A DNA stretch of 64,000 nucleotides, taken from the NCBI GenBank assembly GCA_965242585.1, contig OZ251460.1, positions 1,244,869 through 1,308,868 of the forward strand, written 5' to 3'. Positions 57,101 to 64,000 of the stretch are shown one piece after another (position 1 is the first letter of the stretch; the number at the start of each line of letters is the position of its first letter). The stretch is from Limisphaerales bacterium. GTDB lineage: Bacteria; Verrucomicrobiota; Verrucomicrobiia; Limisphaerales; AAA164-E04. Both the position numbers and the translations under genes were made by a program. The notes beneath the pieces are model-generated. The model saw only the letters and a program-made list of their open reading frames with translations. It did not search any database and was not told where the DNA came from.

Positions 57101-60100
57101 CGGCTGGCGTAGTAGGATGCGGTCTGTTGTATAAGCGCGGCGTCGTTCGGCGCCAGTTGTAGGATTTCTTCCGCCATTTTGAGGGCGTCGTCGATGCGTC
57201 TGCAAGATTCATAGACGAGCATAAGATCGCGTTTGGCTTGGGTGTTTTTAGGTTGGTCGTTGGCTTTTTTTACAAACTGTTCGATAAGAACGTCTTCACT
57301 GTTGCTGTTTTGGGATAAGGAGGCCATGAAGCGGATCACTTGCGGTCGGATTTCCTGAAAAGTTCCTTGCGGGAAAGCGCCATAGTATCGTCGGCTGTAG
57401 GAGATGGGAACATGGTAAGAGATGTGTTGAACGCCGGAGGGAAACGAGAATGGACCGTAGGGAGGCATATAAGGGGGAAAGTATTGACGGAGCGTTTGAG
57501 TGCTTTGTCGCCGCTGGCGAATGGTTTTCTTTTTTGTTTCTTCGGGGAGTGTCTGTTGTTGTCGGTCGCCCAGTTTCAGCAGTTTTTGCAGTTGTTCCAC
57601 AGCCTCGATGGAACGTTCGTTTTCAGCCAGCATTTGGGCGTATTCCCAGCGGCGTTGATAGTTGGATTCGTCTAGTTCCACGGCTTGCCGTTTGTATTCA
57701 AGGGCTTCGTTGGGGAGGTTTTCTCGCTGAAAAATGTCGGCGAGGCGGTCGTAAGCCTTTGGATCTTGAGAGGCGGTCGCCTTTTCGCCGGCAACGCTCG
57801 GTGAATAGTCTTCTACCATTTGTTTCCAGGTTTCGCGGGCTTTGGCGAGATCTCCGATTTGAGCGTAGATGTTGCCTAATTTTTCGTATTCGTAGGCGGA
57901 TGGTTTTCCTCTATGGGCAATCAGTTGTTCGTAGTATCCGATGACTTTGGGAAAGTCGTGGGCTTCGTAGGCGGCGCGAACTAGGGCTTGCAAGGCGGGA
58001 GCTTTGTCGTCCACGTTTTGAAGTCCTTCCTCTAATACGGCCAATGATTTTGTAGGAAGGCCGGTTTCTTGATAAATGTGCGCAAGTTCTCTGTAGGCGG
58101 AGAGCTTTTTTGGGGTATTGCGGCGGCGGCGGGTAAAGTCGGCGATAAGTTCGTCTGTCGTGTTTTGCAGTTGGTGAATTTGGGCGAGCTGAGCAACGGC
58201 ATTTAGGCGGGAGCCGTCATCGGCGGTGGTGTCCAACATTTTTTGGAAGGCGATCTGAGCCTCGCCCCATCGTTTTTGTTGCTTGAGGGCTTCGCCGTGT
58301 TGGCGGTGGTAGTCTGGTTCGTTCGGTTTCAACCGGAGAGCGTAGCGGTATTGTTGGAGTCCTTTTTCGGGACGTTGGTAAAGAGTATAGACTTGGGCGA
58401 GATTGATTCGAGATTCGGCGTCTGCCGGGGCCAGTTCGACGATTTTTTCGGCAGTAGCGAGGGCTTCGTCTCGGAGATCCAGGGCAAGGTAGATGTCTAG
58501 GAGTTCTTGATGGTATGCGCGGGCGCGCGTTTTGTCATCGGCGGCGAGCTGGAGGAGTTCTTCAATCGCTTTGTTGGTAAGGCGGTTTGCGCGGTAAGCG
58601 CGGATCAAGTCTCGGCGGAAGTCGGCGTTGTCTGGTTGGAGTTGGGTTCGTTTTTCCAAGAGCGACAGGGCGGATTCTCGTTGGCCGGCGTGTTGGTAGA
58701 GTTTGGCTAGGCGGCTGAGGACAGAGATGGAGTCGGGGTTTTCGAGCAGTTCTTTTTCCCATTCCGCCTGCTTTTCTGGGAGAATTCCGAGTTGGGACCA
58801 AGCGTCTAGTCGGCCGCTTTCGCCGCGGTTTTGAAAATAGGCATTCTCGGTTTGGTTGGCGAGGTCGCCGAAGATATTGGCGGCTTCTTCGAATTTTTCC
58901 TGACGCATGAGATTGCGGGCAAGTTGCAGGGCGAAGTCGAGATTTTCAGGGGATTTTTTGATTGCAGTTTTCCAGAGTTTCTCGGCTTCTTCGGTTTGCT
59001 GGTGGGCGTCGAGGATGGAGGCAACTTCGGCATATTCGGAGCCCGAAGCGGTGTTGATTAGTGTGGATTCCCAAGCGGCGACGGCTTGGTCGTTTTCTCC
59101 TTTGGCGAAGAGCAATTGAGCTAGGCGAAAAGACCATTCTTTGTTGGGTGTCGTGTTTTTTGCGCCGCCGAATTTTTGCGAAGTAGCGAGGGCTTGGCGG
59201 TAGCAACGGATGGCGTCTTCGGGGAATTCGTAAAGTTCGTACCAGGCGGCTAGTTCGGCCCATTGCCCGGCGGCGGGTGTTGGATGGTTGTTGGTTTTTT
59301 GTGTGGAGATTAGCCGTTCCCAGGTTTGTTTGGCGAGTTCGACGTTGCCGTTTTGCCAATGCGCTTCTCCCAGGCGGCGGAGATAATCGGAGTCGTTTGG
59401 AAACAGCTGGATCAATTTTTCGAAGGTGTTCCCCAATTTTTCCGGTTGTTGGAGGCGTTGGTAAAGGGCGATGAGTTTTTCGAAAGTGGGCGCGTGGCGG
59501 GGGTTGCGTTCGAGAATGACGCGGTATTCGCTTTCCGCTTTGTCGAGACGGTTCATGCGCAGGTGCGTTTCTGCCAAAAGGTCGCGGAATTCGAGGTCGG
59601 CGGGGTTTTGCCGCAATCGAGCCAAGATGTATTTGACCAATCCGGCAAGGTCTCCCATGTCTTCGTAAACTTGGACGAGGCGCAGTTTGACGTCTTCAAA
59701 CAGCCAGTTGCCGGGGGAGACGAGTTCCAAAGCGGCTTCGTAAGAGGCAATGGCTTCGGGAAACCGTTCTGCTTGGAGCTGGCAGTTGCCGATGGAGCGT
59801 AGCGCCCGGCAACGTCGGTAAGGCTCCCGTTCAGAAAGCGCGGCGATGCGTTGGTAGATTTGAATGGCTTCGTCCCAAAGGCGGTTTTCTTCGTAAATGG
59901 CGCCGAGTTCGATTTGAGCGAAGAGGTCGTCCGGCGATTGCGCGGCAATTTGTTTCCAAACCTCGACGGCCCGTTCGGTGTTTCCTTCCCGTAGGAAGAG
60001 GTTGCCCAAGATGCGGGAGACTTGGCTTCGTTCTTCCAAGTCGGACAAGTCCACAAGCGCTTGGGTGAGCAGTGGAATGCCTTTTTGATTTTCGCCTTGC

Positions 60101-60534
60101 CGGTAGTAGAGGGTGCCGAGGAGGCGGTTGAACTCTGGCGAAGCGGCGAACGTTGTTGCGGGAGCGGCGGCGTTGTTCGCGGTTTGTCGGACGCTTTCGA
60201 GTGTTTCAACGGCTTCGGCGGTTTTGAATTGCCGGGCGTAGATTTGCCCGAGGAGGATTGCGGCGGCGCTTCCGGTCTCGGTGTTTGCCAAACGGGGAGA
60301 GAGCTTTTCCACCCATGCGTCGATGCCTTCCCACCGGAGATAGCTCTCGAAGACTTGGTCAAACGCGCGTTTCTGAAACGGATTGCGTTCCAAAATCTGT
60401 TCGTAGCGTTCGCGAATTTGTGCGTCCCGCGTTCCGAGGTTTTCCAACGGCTCTGCCGCCGTCGCTTGAAAAAGTCCCCACGCTGACGCAAACGCCAGTC
60501 CAACGCAAATAAGATGGTTGCCTGCGGTTTTCAT
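51109..60534 (-). CDS. Giant (3141 aa) secreted tetratricopeptide-repeat protein with C-terminal beta-sandwich module
   Basis: It is an uninterrupted 9.4-kb ORF with signal peptide MKTAGNHLICVGLAFASAWGLFQATAA. It has dozens of 34-aa TPR-like units (A..Y...L...P....). The C-terminus has WQIAGPY ... MVWLNGQ ... LKAGKNILTV. It lies directly downstream of BatA-like vWA genes. Confidence 0.85.
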   Translation of the reverse strand: MKTAGNHLICVGLAFASAWGLFQATAAEPLENLGTRDAQIRERYEQILERNPFQKRAFDQVFESYLRWEGIDAWVEKLSPRLANTETGSAAAILLGQIYARQFKTAEAVETLESVRQTANNAAAPATTFAASPEFNRLLGTLYYRQGENQKGIPLLTQALVDLSDLEERSQVSRILGNLFLREGNTERAVEVWKQIAAQSPDDLFAQIELGAIYEENRLWDEAIQIYQRIAALSEREPYRRCRALRSIGNCQLQAERFPEAIASYEAALELVSPGNWLFEDVKLRLVQVYEDMGDLAGLVKYILARLRQNPADLEFRDLLAETHLRMNRLDKAESEYRVILERNPRHAPTFEKLIALYQRLQQPEKLGNTFEKLIQLFPNDSDYLRRLGEAHWQNGNVELAKQTWERLISTQKTNNHPTPAAGQWAELAAWYELYEFPEDAIRCYRQALATSQKFGGAKNTTPNKEWSFRLAQLLFAKGENDQAVAAWESTLINTASGSEYAEVASILDAHQQTEEAEKLWKTAIKKSPENLDFALQLARNLMRQEKFEEAANIFGDLANQTENAYFQNRGESGRLDAWSQLGILPEKQAEWEKELLENPDSISVLSRLAKLYQHAGQRESALSLLEKRTQLQPDNADFRRDLIRAYRANRLTNKAIEELLQLAADDKTRARAYHQELLDIYLALDLRDEALATAEKIVELAPADAESRINLAQVYTLYQRPEKGLQQYRYALRLKPNEPDYHRQHGEALKQQKRWGEAQIAFQKMLDTTADDGSRLNAVAQLAQIHQLQNTTDELIADFTRRRRNTPKKLSAYRELAHIYQETGLPTKSLAVLEEGLQNVDDKAPALQALVRAAYEAHDFPKVIGYYEQLIAHRGKPSAYEYEKLGNIYAQIGDLAKARETWKQMVEDYSPSVAGEKATASQDPKAYDRLADIFQRENLPNEALEYKRQAVELDESNYQRRWEYAQMLAENERSIEAVEQLQKLLKLGDRQQQTLPEETKKKTIRQRRQSTQTLRQYFPPYMPPYGPFSFPSGVQHISYHVPISYSRRYYGAFPQGTFQEIRPQVIRFMASLSQNSNSEDVLIEQFVKKANDQPKNTQAKRDLMLVYESCRRIDDALKMAEEILQLAPNDAALIQQTASYYASRRQLDKAASLLEKLAETQPQYQNQARQTLIPLYFQNQESEKAIALTNQMLEENPNDVQPLFTLAGLMQQRGQLEEAIALYEKAQKKTQGNSASFSIASLARLYTQKGDKEKAKNLYAEMLAADSATPSSSFPLRRPRVELYVPPPRHPSSPRYYGGSVFRNLPPTLIGSVDYQKAEAMRQLQILSEDGDLPLQPLINQAKQLRNAKSRDAKDKAWLSAKLLITSYLADSELDEAQRWLNELKDAAGDRVEWFNLALHIAESRDDCDAMMQLYDQAERRFSSQSRKILSAKASVSIRCERYEEASSYIRQMIQRRFSPAELVEAIRPLSNAGENKRAKELLEEHLSGISRNGEALALLANIYANEENYKRAIALAREAWDRSSYGGSSQSYRYRSYPRGIASSTILRSVGGLLQNLHHYYVQAGRSEELIQEFAERLAKQPGSVRLHENLAALYALNNQNDKAIEVYKTLIQRRPHLVQAKQQLARFYSDTGNFNKATSIYEQLLKTHPNVYQQISWELRNLYQRSGQGRQILKIEENLAKRMRDPNQLQQLANRFQQSGELEKAAELYKKAIQLSPGHTWMHRQLADVYLKLGKHEDAVALYKNWLTSSPLLHAQSGIDSYTLQHLTGVYASTGRLDELKEINRELIEKNANDPLSGSLTAQIAIFEKRFDDAIEHLTKAVNTGQNPNAFNDLLDIAEVTGRIDDVLEDIQDPMLQQNYYDKGRLAKIYMAKGDLDRGKKLYKDWIEEQTGHGGPVWHFMRQAVNTFGEYGLWDEVEALVRKHSPNSKRQRRRSAGPPSYEQQEFNRIVAETYVQYNQLQNIVNEAIDKETYTDADIELFLAIANHYRWDYFDQSENRREAFLSRVLARGSSNTTKLVSELIQIHFRNDNPEKAVELARQLIENEPNNLSHRKVYADALIRNNQPEKAVELARQLIENEPDNQMYRQLYAGAMFNAGKQSQALAMLSSWASQKETEGRYRFLADYQERAGKHADARVSLLKAIELADASRKPAAELRLAQFDAKRGNPKAAKETYAKQFEQRADAPTFKQYFNFLRSNDYLEEARKLFLKHKDRGYLNPYDMNAVFALFTDSDDFDTLIDIAWNHFRYTENHRRSSFFRDIERNFRNVGRNFHNIRRNFRNEAPSEVKAKQKRLLDGFRKRAEAEDPPNQEILRLLARTYANAKLKEPAGELYQQLMRQNPFNQDYILNRVRWLAENGQTDEAFQLIEKLPPSSTLYQEADNQVKVIGFYLKHQAPKRAQAAIDKLLDWRGDGDVEIKIGNLFFYEEQYEKALAHYENSLKKYRKDKRLREELFVNMGKCYALQNQKENALKTFEKARNIQRDSYQLQDLSEWLLSNELYETAAAWLEASRKIAPLSYDHIQDLAECYIHLDKPQKTLALYQNHWDKSNERNRSEVQEDFSDLVQMHSELKELLDQAEPHPLIDQARKHPFGRNVPLVPVPPGEIIDDFPTFHFPPGVPTEILERIRSSFHRSGSLPPVPSEFEIESKPTTPQTDAEVLKHFQENRAILLAEPHRLEALFKIASEETAAQLIEAINDPISSKPRQAYYRFLAAHFQGKSNIAAQELAKLAKNPDLSAEPLKHLVAICQTTQQHKAALAFLNQLADGDYEENHKQYALQKLPEVQLTAGDFDGALSNFVKLPSEHQQKGHDFLQTLYISVDQQNLPAFQSALETHIAKQSELSSIPMLVGIYREIHEKLGTQPTPKPFALRPEQRKEAERLSTMIQSWQIAGPYSLHISSKPPTDPAAWTKHIHPKDTFGFIYLDKLFNLKQLVNFDNFRSIIVGGRRTGRRHQPLKELLENSESLGSSLLILQQQELERNKSKALTSYHNFLLGHGIDQSLDSYFDFIKFKGYNPIDTHIIGLEEGETFDSILSRKGNQSIGKSAYARTALVSPDVCSVTLAFESDDPGMVWLNGQAIHLFPVDQPTSPNRAQASLKAGKNILTVRVDNLRDSWFFNARIVENADGVAIQSPFTNPQ
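54283..54432 (-). repeat. Tandem 102-bp duplication (one TPR unit) inside the giant gene
   Basis: The 48-bp stretch CGGTTCGTTTTCTATAAGTTGGCGGGCTAGTTCCACGGCCTTTTCCGG is identical at 54283-54330 and 54385-54432. It encodes the repeated PEKAVELARQLIENEP(D/N)N. Confidence 0.85.
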
Positions 60535-60614
60535 GTTGATAATTGGATTTATTCCTTTGACTTTATTTGATTCGGTTGTTTGAAGAAAGCAGATTCTTTG
60601 CTTTATTGAAAGGT

Positions 60615-63239
60615 TCAGCCGTAGCGTTGCGCTTTTTCTCGGAACCAGCCGCGCCCGGCAAGGTCAAGCCGCCGCAAGGCCACGTCCAAAAGGAAAAGCA
60701 GCAGGGCGGCGATGAGCAGACTCGGCCAAAGAGCATGGCGAATGGGAACGGATTTGTCTTTGCCAAGGGCGAATAAATCTTCCGTTTCCGGGTTGTATTG
60801 TCCGCCGGTCACGTTGGCGATTTCGCTGAGGAAGTTGGTGTCGGAGCCGAGCCGACGGTATTCCGGTTTGTAGGAAATAGTAAGTCCGCGAGTGATGTCG
60901 GCAAATACTTCGGGCTCGCCGTCTGGGCGGGGAATGGTTTGGCGAATTTTGAAAAGGTAGCTGCCGGTTTGGTTCAGCGCAAAATCGACGGCGTAACGGC
61001 CGGGGCCAGCTTGGCGGACGCTGGTTTTTTCCACCTTGAGGTCGGGACGAATCAGTTGGACGTCTGTGTTGAGGCCGTTGAGAAACTGTCCGGCAACGTG
61101 AAATCGTCCGTCCACGTCCACGCAATCCAGGGCAAGCGAGCCGGTGTTGCCGCGGGATTCTATGGTGGTTTCCGCCCCTTGATTGAGGCTGGAACGGAGC
61201 ACGGACCGAATCAACTGCGCCCAAAACTGGCCGAACTGGGGCCACGAAATCCAATCCGCCGCCCAACGGCTTTTGGCGTCGGAAGTAAAGGCGGCGCAGC
61301 GTCCCAATCCAACTTGCCAGACGGCGAGCAGAGGGTCGCCCCGTTCGGTGACGAGGGAAATTTCTGCGGTGGCTTTAGGCGAGGTGAGGACGTAACCGAA
61401 AAGAAAGGGCGCTTGTTCCCAGTCGATGGAACGGATCACTTGGTGGTCTTTGAAGATTTGGGGAAGAAAGGGCTCTTCCACCAGAGAGGAACGGGAAGCG
61501 CTCATCGTTTCTTTGGTGAAGATTTGCGGAATGTCGTAGGCATCGGTGGTAAAATAGTAGCGGCCCTTGCCCCAACGCGCGATGTCTTGGAGCAGTGCGC
61601 TGTCCGCTCCGTCGCCAACGCCGACGGTGGAAACGGTGACGGTGTCGCCGGCCAGTTGCTCGACGACGCCGGCAAAGTCGCCCGGTTGAGAGTGGCCATC
61701 GGTTAGGAGGATCACGTGTTTGAAGGTTGCGGCAATTCCAAACAGGCTCTCTTGCGCCATAGTCAACGCGGGATAAATGCTGGTGCCGCCGCCTGCCTGA
61801 ATTTGGGAAATGGTTTGGACAATGCCCATTTTGCCGGCGTTTTGGAGATCGACGACGTTGTAGGGGGCGTTGTCGAAGGCAATGACTCCGACGTAGTCTC
61901 GCTCGTTCAACAGCTCGACCGCGGCGATGGAGGCTTCTTTGGCCAGTTCGATTTTGTCGCCGCTCATGCTGCCGGATTTGTCTACGATCAACATCATCGC
62001 CAGGCTGGGAGTGTCCTTCTTTTTTTCCGAGCGCATGCGCAAGGGAAGAACGTCCTCGATGGCGGTTCGATAGTAGCCGCCGAGCCCGAAAGACTCCTCG
62101 CCGCCGATCATCACGAAACCGCCGCCTAAGTCTTCCACATAAGAGCGCAAAAGCCTCATCTGCGGGACGGAAAGTTCGGTTGCCGGCACGTCGGAAAACA
62201 AAATGGCGTCATATTGCGCCAGTTCATCCAGTCTGCCGGGCATGCCGCGTCCTTCGCGGATTTCGACGCGGATGCTTTCCGCTTCCAAAGCCCGGGCAAG
62301 GTAGCGGGCGTCTCGTTCGTTCCTTTCGAGGAGAAGCACGCGAGGCTCGCCGGCCACCGAGACAATGCCGGAGGCCACGTTGTTGTCGGCGTAGAAATCG
62401 CCGTCGGAGGCAGCGACTCGGAGTTCATAGCGAGTGAGCCCTTCCTTTGCCTGTGTTTCGGTGAAGGCGATGGAATTGGCGCCGGGTTGGAGAGTCATTT
62501 GCCGCTCGCCGACTTTGAATCCGTCGCGGTAGAGAGTGAAAGCGGCTTCCGAAGTTTTTGTGGCGTGGGCAATCGCCTCCACTGCGAAGGATTGGCCTTT
62601 CTGGACTTCGATGGGAACGAGCAAGTCTTCCAGCAGCACTTCGTCTCGTTCTTCGGCTTCGTAGGTTTGGGTGAAGACTTTGACGCCCTGGCGGCGGATG
62701 CGTTTGGCGGCCGCCAAAGCATCGCCTTGAGTTTGGTTGCCGTCGGTGAGCAGTAGGACGCGCTTGAAGGCATCGTGGGGAAGGGTTTGCGCCGCCTGCC
62801 GGAGGGCGAGTTCGATGTTCGTTTCGGTTTTCGAGTTGTCGCCGCTTAGTTGAATCGGACTCTCCGAAGCAGACGCAGATTCGCCGGGAACGTCAATCCA
62901 ATCGCTCTTGGCGGCAAACAAAGCAAGGGCGAGTTTTCCGTCGGCGGGTTTTTCGGCGCGGAGGCTCTGGTAAAGATTTGTGATCTGGTTGAGAGCGGAT
63001 TCGGGAACGCTGTCGGAGAGATCGCCGAGAACCCACAGCGCAACCGAACGCGATTTTGAAGTCCAAAGCGCCCCAGCCAATGCCAAGATAAGCAAGAGAA
63101 GAATGACGACGCGAACCAGAAGAGAGAGAATGCGTTGCCCGCGCGAGCTGTCGGTAAGCGTGTAGCGAAGAGCCAGAACCGCCGCCGGAAGCAACAGCCC
63201 CAACCAAAGAAAACCGGGATTTTCAAACTCCAGCGGCAT
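60615..63239 (-). CDS. BatA-N-terminal-domain / von Willebrand factor A domain membrane protein
   Basis: The N-terminus FENPGFLWLGLLLPAAVLALRY plus a second TM is the BatA_N double-TM pattern. The vWA domain has the MIDAS motif DKSGSMSGDK ... LLTDGHS. There is a C-terminal TM. The start overlaps the upstream gene stop by 1 nt. Confidence 0.8.
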   Translation of the reverse strand: MPLEFENPGFLWLGLLLPAAVLALRYTLTDSSRGQRILSLLVRVVILLLLILALAGALWTSKSRSVALWVLGDLSDSVPESALNQITNLYQSLRAEKPADGKLALALFAAKSDWIDVPGESASASESPIQLSGDNSKTETNIELALRQAAQTLPHDAFKRVLLLTDGNQTQGDALAAAKRIRRQGVKVFTQTYEAEERDEVLLEDLLVPIEVQKGQSFAVEAIAHATKTSEAAFTLYRDGFKVGERQMTLQPGANSIAFTETQAKEGLTRYELRVAASDGDFYADNNVASGIVSVAGEPRVLLLERNERDARYLARALEAESIRVEIREGRGMPGRLDELAQYDAILFSDVPATELSVPQMRLLRSYVEDLGGGFVMIGGEESFGLGGYYRTAIEDVLPLRMRSEKKKDTPSLAMMLIVDKSGSMSGDKIELAKEASIAAVELLNERDYVGVIAFDNAPYNVVDLQNAGKMGIVQTISQIQAGGGTSIYPALTMAQESLFGIAATFKHVILLTDGHSQPGDFAGVVEQLAGDTVTVSTVGVGDGADSALLQDIARWGKGRYYFTTDAYDIPQIFTKETMSASRSSLVEEPFLPQIFKDHQVIRSIDWEQAPFLFGYVLTSPKATAEISLVTERGDPLLAVWQVGLGRCAAFTSDAKSRWAADWISWPQFGQFWAQLIRSVLRSSLNQGAETTIESRGNTGSLALDCVDVDGRFHVAGQFLNGLNTDVQLIRPDLKVEKTSVRQAGPGRYAVDFALNQTGSYLFKIRQTIPRPDGEPEVFADITRGLTISYKPEYRRLGSDTNFLSEIANVTGGQYNPETEDLFALGKDKSVPIRHALWPSLLIAALLLFLLDVALRRLDLAGRGWFREKAQRYG

Positions 63240-64000
63240 TACTCAATCAAACGGCGGTGAAAGAGAAACCATTCGGCGATTGAAAGAAACACGGCGAGCA
63301 GCGCGACAAAGAACCAAGGCTCGTAGCCGAGTCGAAAGCCGCCGGTGATTTCTCGAACGGGGATTTCTGATTGGATGGGGAGGGTTGGGCTCGGTTGTAT
63401 TTTGGACTCTTCGGACGAGGCTAAGTTGACGGCAAACAGGGGGTGAATCTCCATCGTTTCTTTTCCGCCGGCTTGGTAATAAAGGCCGACGAGATCCGCT
63501 CGAAGAAGGTCTCCGGGCTCGCTCAGGTCTTGCTCGGAATGGTCGGGGCGGAGAACTTTGGCCACCTTCTCCAAGACCGCGGAGTTTTCCGAATAAATGG
63601 AGCCGTTTGCATCTCCCTGAATTCGAAAAGCGGTCAAGTCGAGGGAAGAAAAGCTTTGGCCGACGGTTGGATTTATCCAGTTGTCCCGGCGGTCTCGTCC
63701 TTGAAAATAGTGGACGGCGTTGGCGATCAAGATGGGAAACGCAACGCGGAGGGGAAGATCGGTGGCCAAAGGATCAAAGGCGAAAATCAGCACTTTTCGC
63801 TTTTCTGCCGCGTCTGCGGGCGCATTGGCGCCGGGGTTGGATTCTTGCAACAGGAGCAGCGGGTTGTCGAAGGAGCGAATCAAAGGGAGAAAGGAGTCCG
63901 GCGCCGTGATTTTTCGGGCGGAGCGGATGGACACATTCTGCAGGGCAAGGTGGCGGTTAATCGGGTGGTTTCGTTCCCAGTCGGTGATGAGTGGGGATTT
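63239..64000 (-). CDS. Bat-operon-like membrane protein, 5'-truncated by the window edge
   Basis: The reading frame stays open to base 64000 (…ITDWERNHPINRHLALQNVSIRSARK…). The track start at 63934 is only an internal GTG. It has a C-terminal TM (WFFVALLAVFLSIAEWFLF). Confidence 0.65.
   Translation of the reverse strand, partial: KSPLITDWERNHPINRHLALQNVSIRSARKITAPDSFLPLIRSFDNPLLLLQESNPGANAPADAAEKRKVLIFAFDPLATDLPLRVAFPILIANAVHYFQGRDRRDNWINPTVGQSFSSLDLTAFRIQGDANGSIYSENSAVLEKVAKVLRPDHSEQDLSEPGDLLRADLVGLYYQAGGKETMEIHPLFAVNLASSEESKIQPSPTLPIQSEIPVREITGGFRLGYEPWFFVALLAVFLSIAEWFLFHRRLIE

Noticed and set aside
1-64000. A search by eye for CRISPR arrays, rRNA, tRNA, IS elements, integrases and retron/DGR-type reverse transcriptases.
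   Set aside because: I saw no regularly spaced 25-40-bp repeats and no transposase, integrase or RT motifs in any ORF-track translation. I found no T-loop/acceptor combinations in the intergenic regions.

Overview
This is a 64-kb chromosomal segment of about 50-55% GC by eye. I infer it comes from a PVC-group bacterium (Verrucomicrobiota, Kiritimatiellota, Lentisphaerota or Planctomycetota style). The grounds are five secreted formylglycine-type sulfatases, a prepilin-like H-X9-DG protein, a PEP-CTERM protein, a 3141-aa TPR giant and BatA-type vWA proteins. Most of the window is housekeeping: gcvPA/gcvPB, lpxB, an ABC-2 exporter, glyQS, rph, ftsY, nusB, moeB, a purine nucleoside phosphorylase, argC, trpB, and the Moco genes moaC and mog. 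I saw no rRNA, tRNA, CRISPR array, transposase or integrase. The most interesting region is a nested, rearranged restriction-modification hotspot at about 41.7-49.7 kb. A DpnA-like type II R-M cassette sits between two diverged ~108-bp direct repeats that copy the 5' end of the downstream gene. That gene is a Type ISP-like (COG4889) nuclease-helicase-methyltransferase whose ORF stops inside the NPP catalytic motif. Its conserved C-terminal tail lies 1.85 kb further on, and an unrelated three-ORF cassette (XhlA-like/PEP-CTERM, a 71-aa ORF, DUF2335-like) fills the gap. An orphan antitoxin-like mini-ORF follows. Other oddities are a solitary methyltransferase-Mrr nuclease fusion, an in-frame PanB-MoaC fusion, an AT-rich islet of mini-ORFs (6.2-7.6 kb), a lower-GC hypothetical gene cluster (22.7-24.5 kb), and recent intragenic duplications in the TPR giant. 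All functional calls rest on motifs read by eye. No database search was run.
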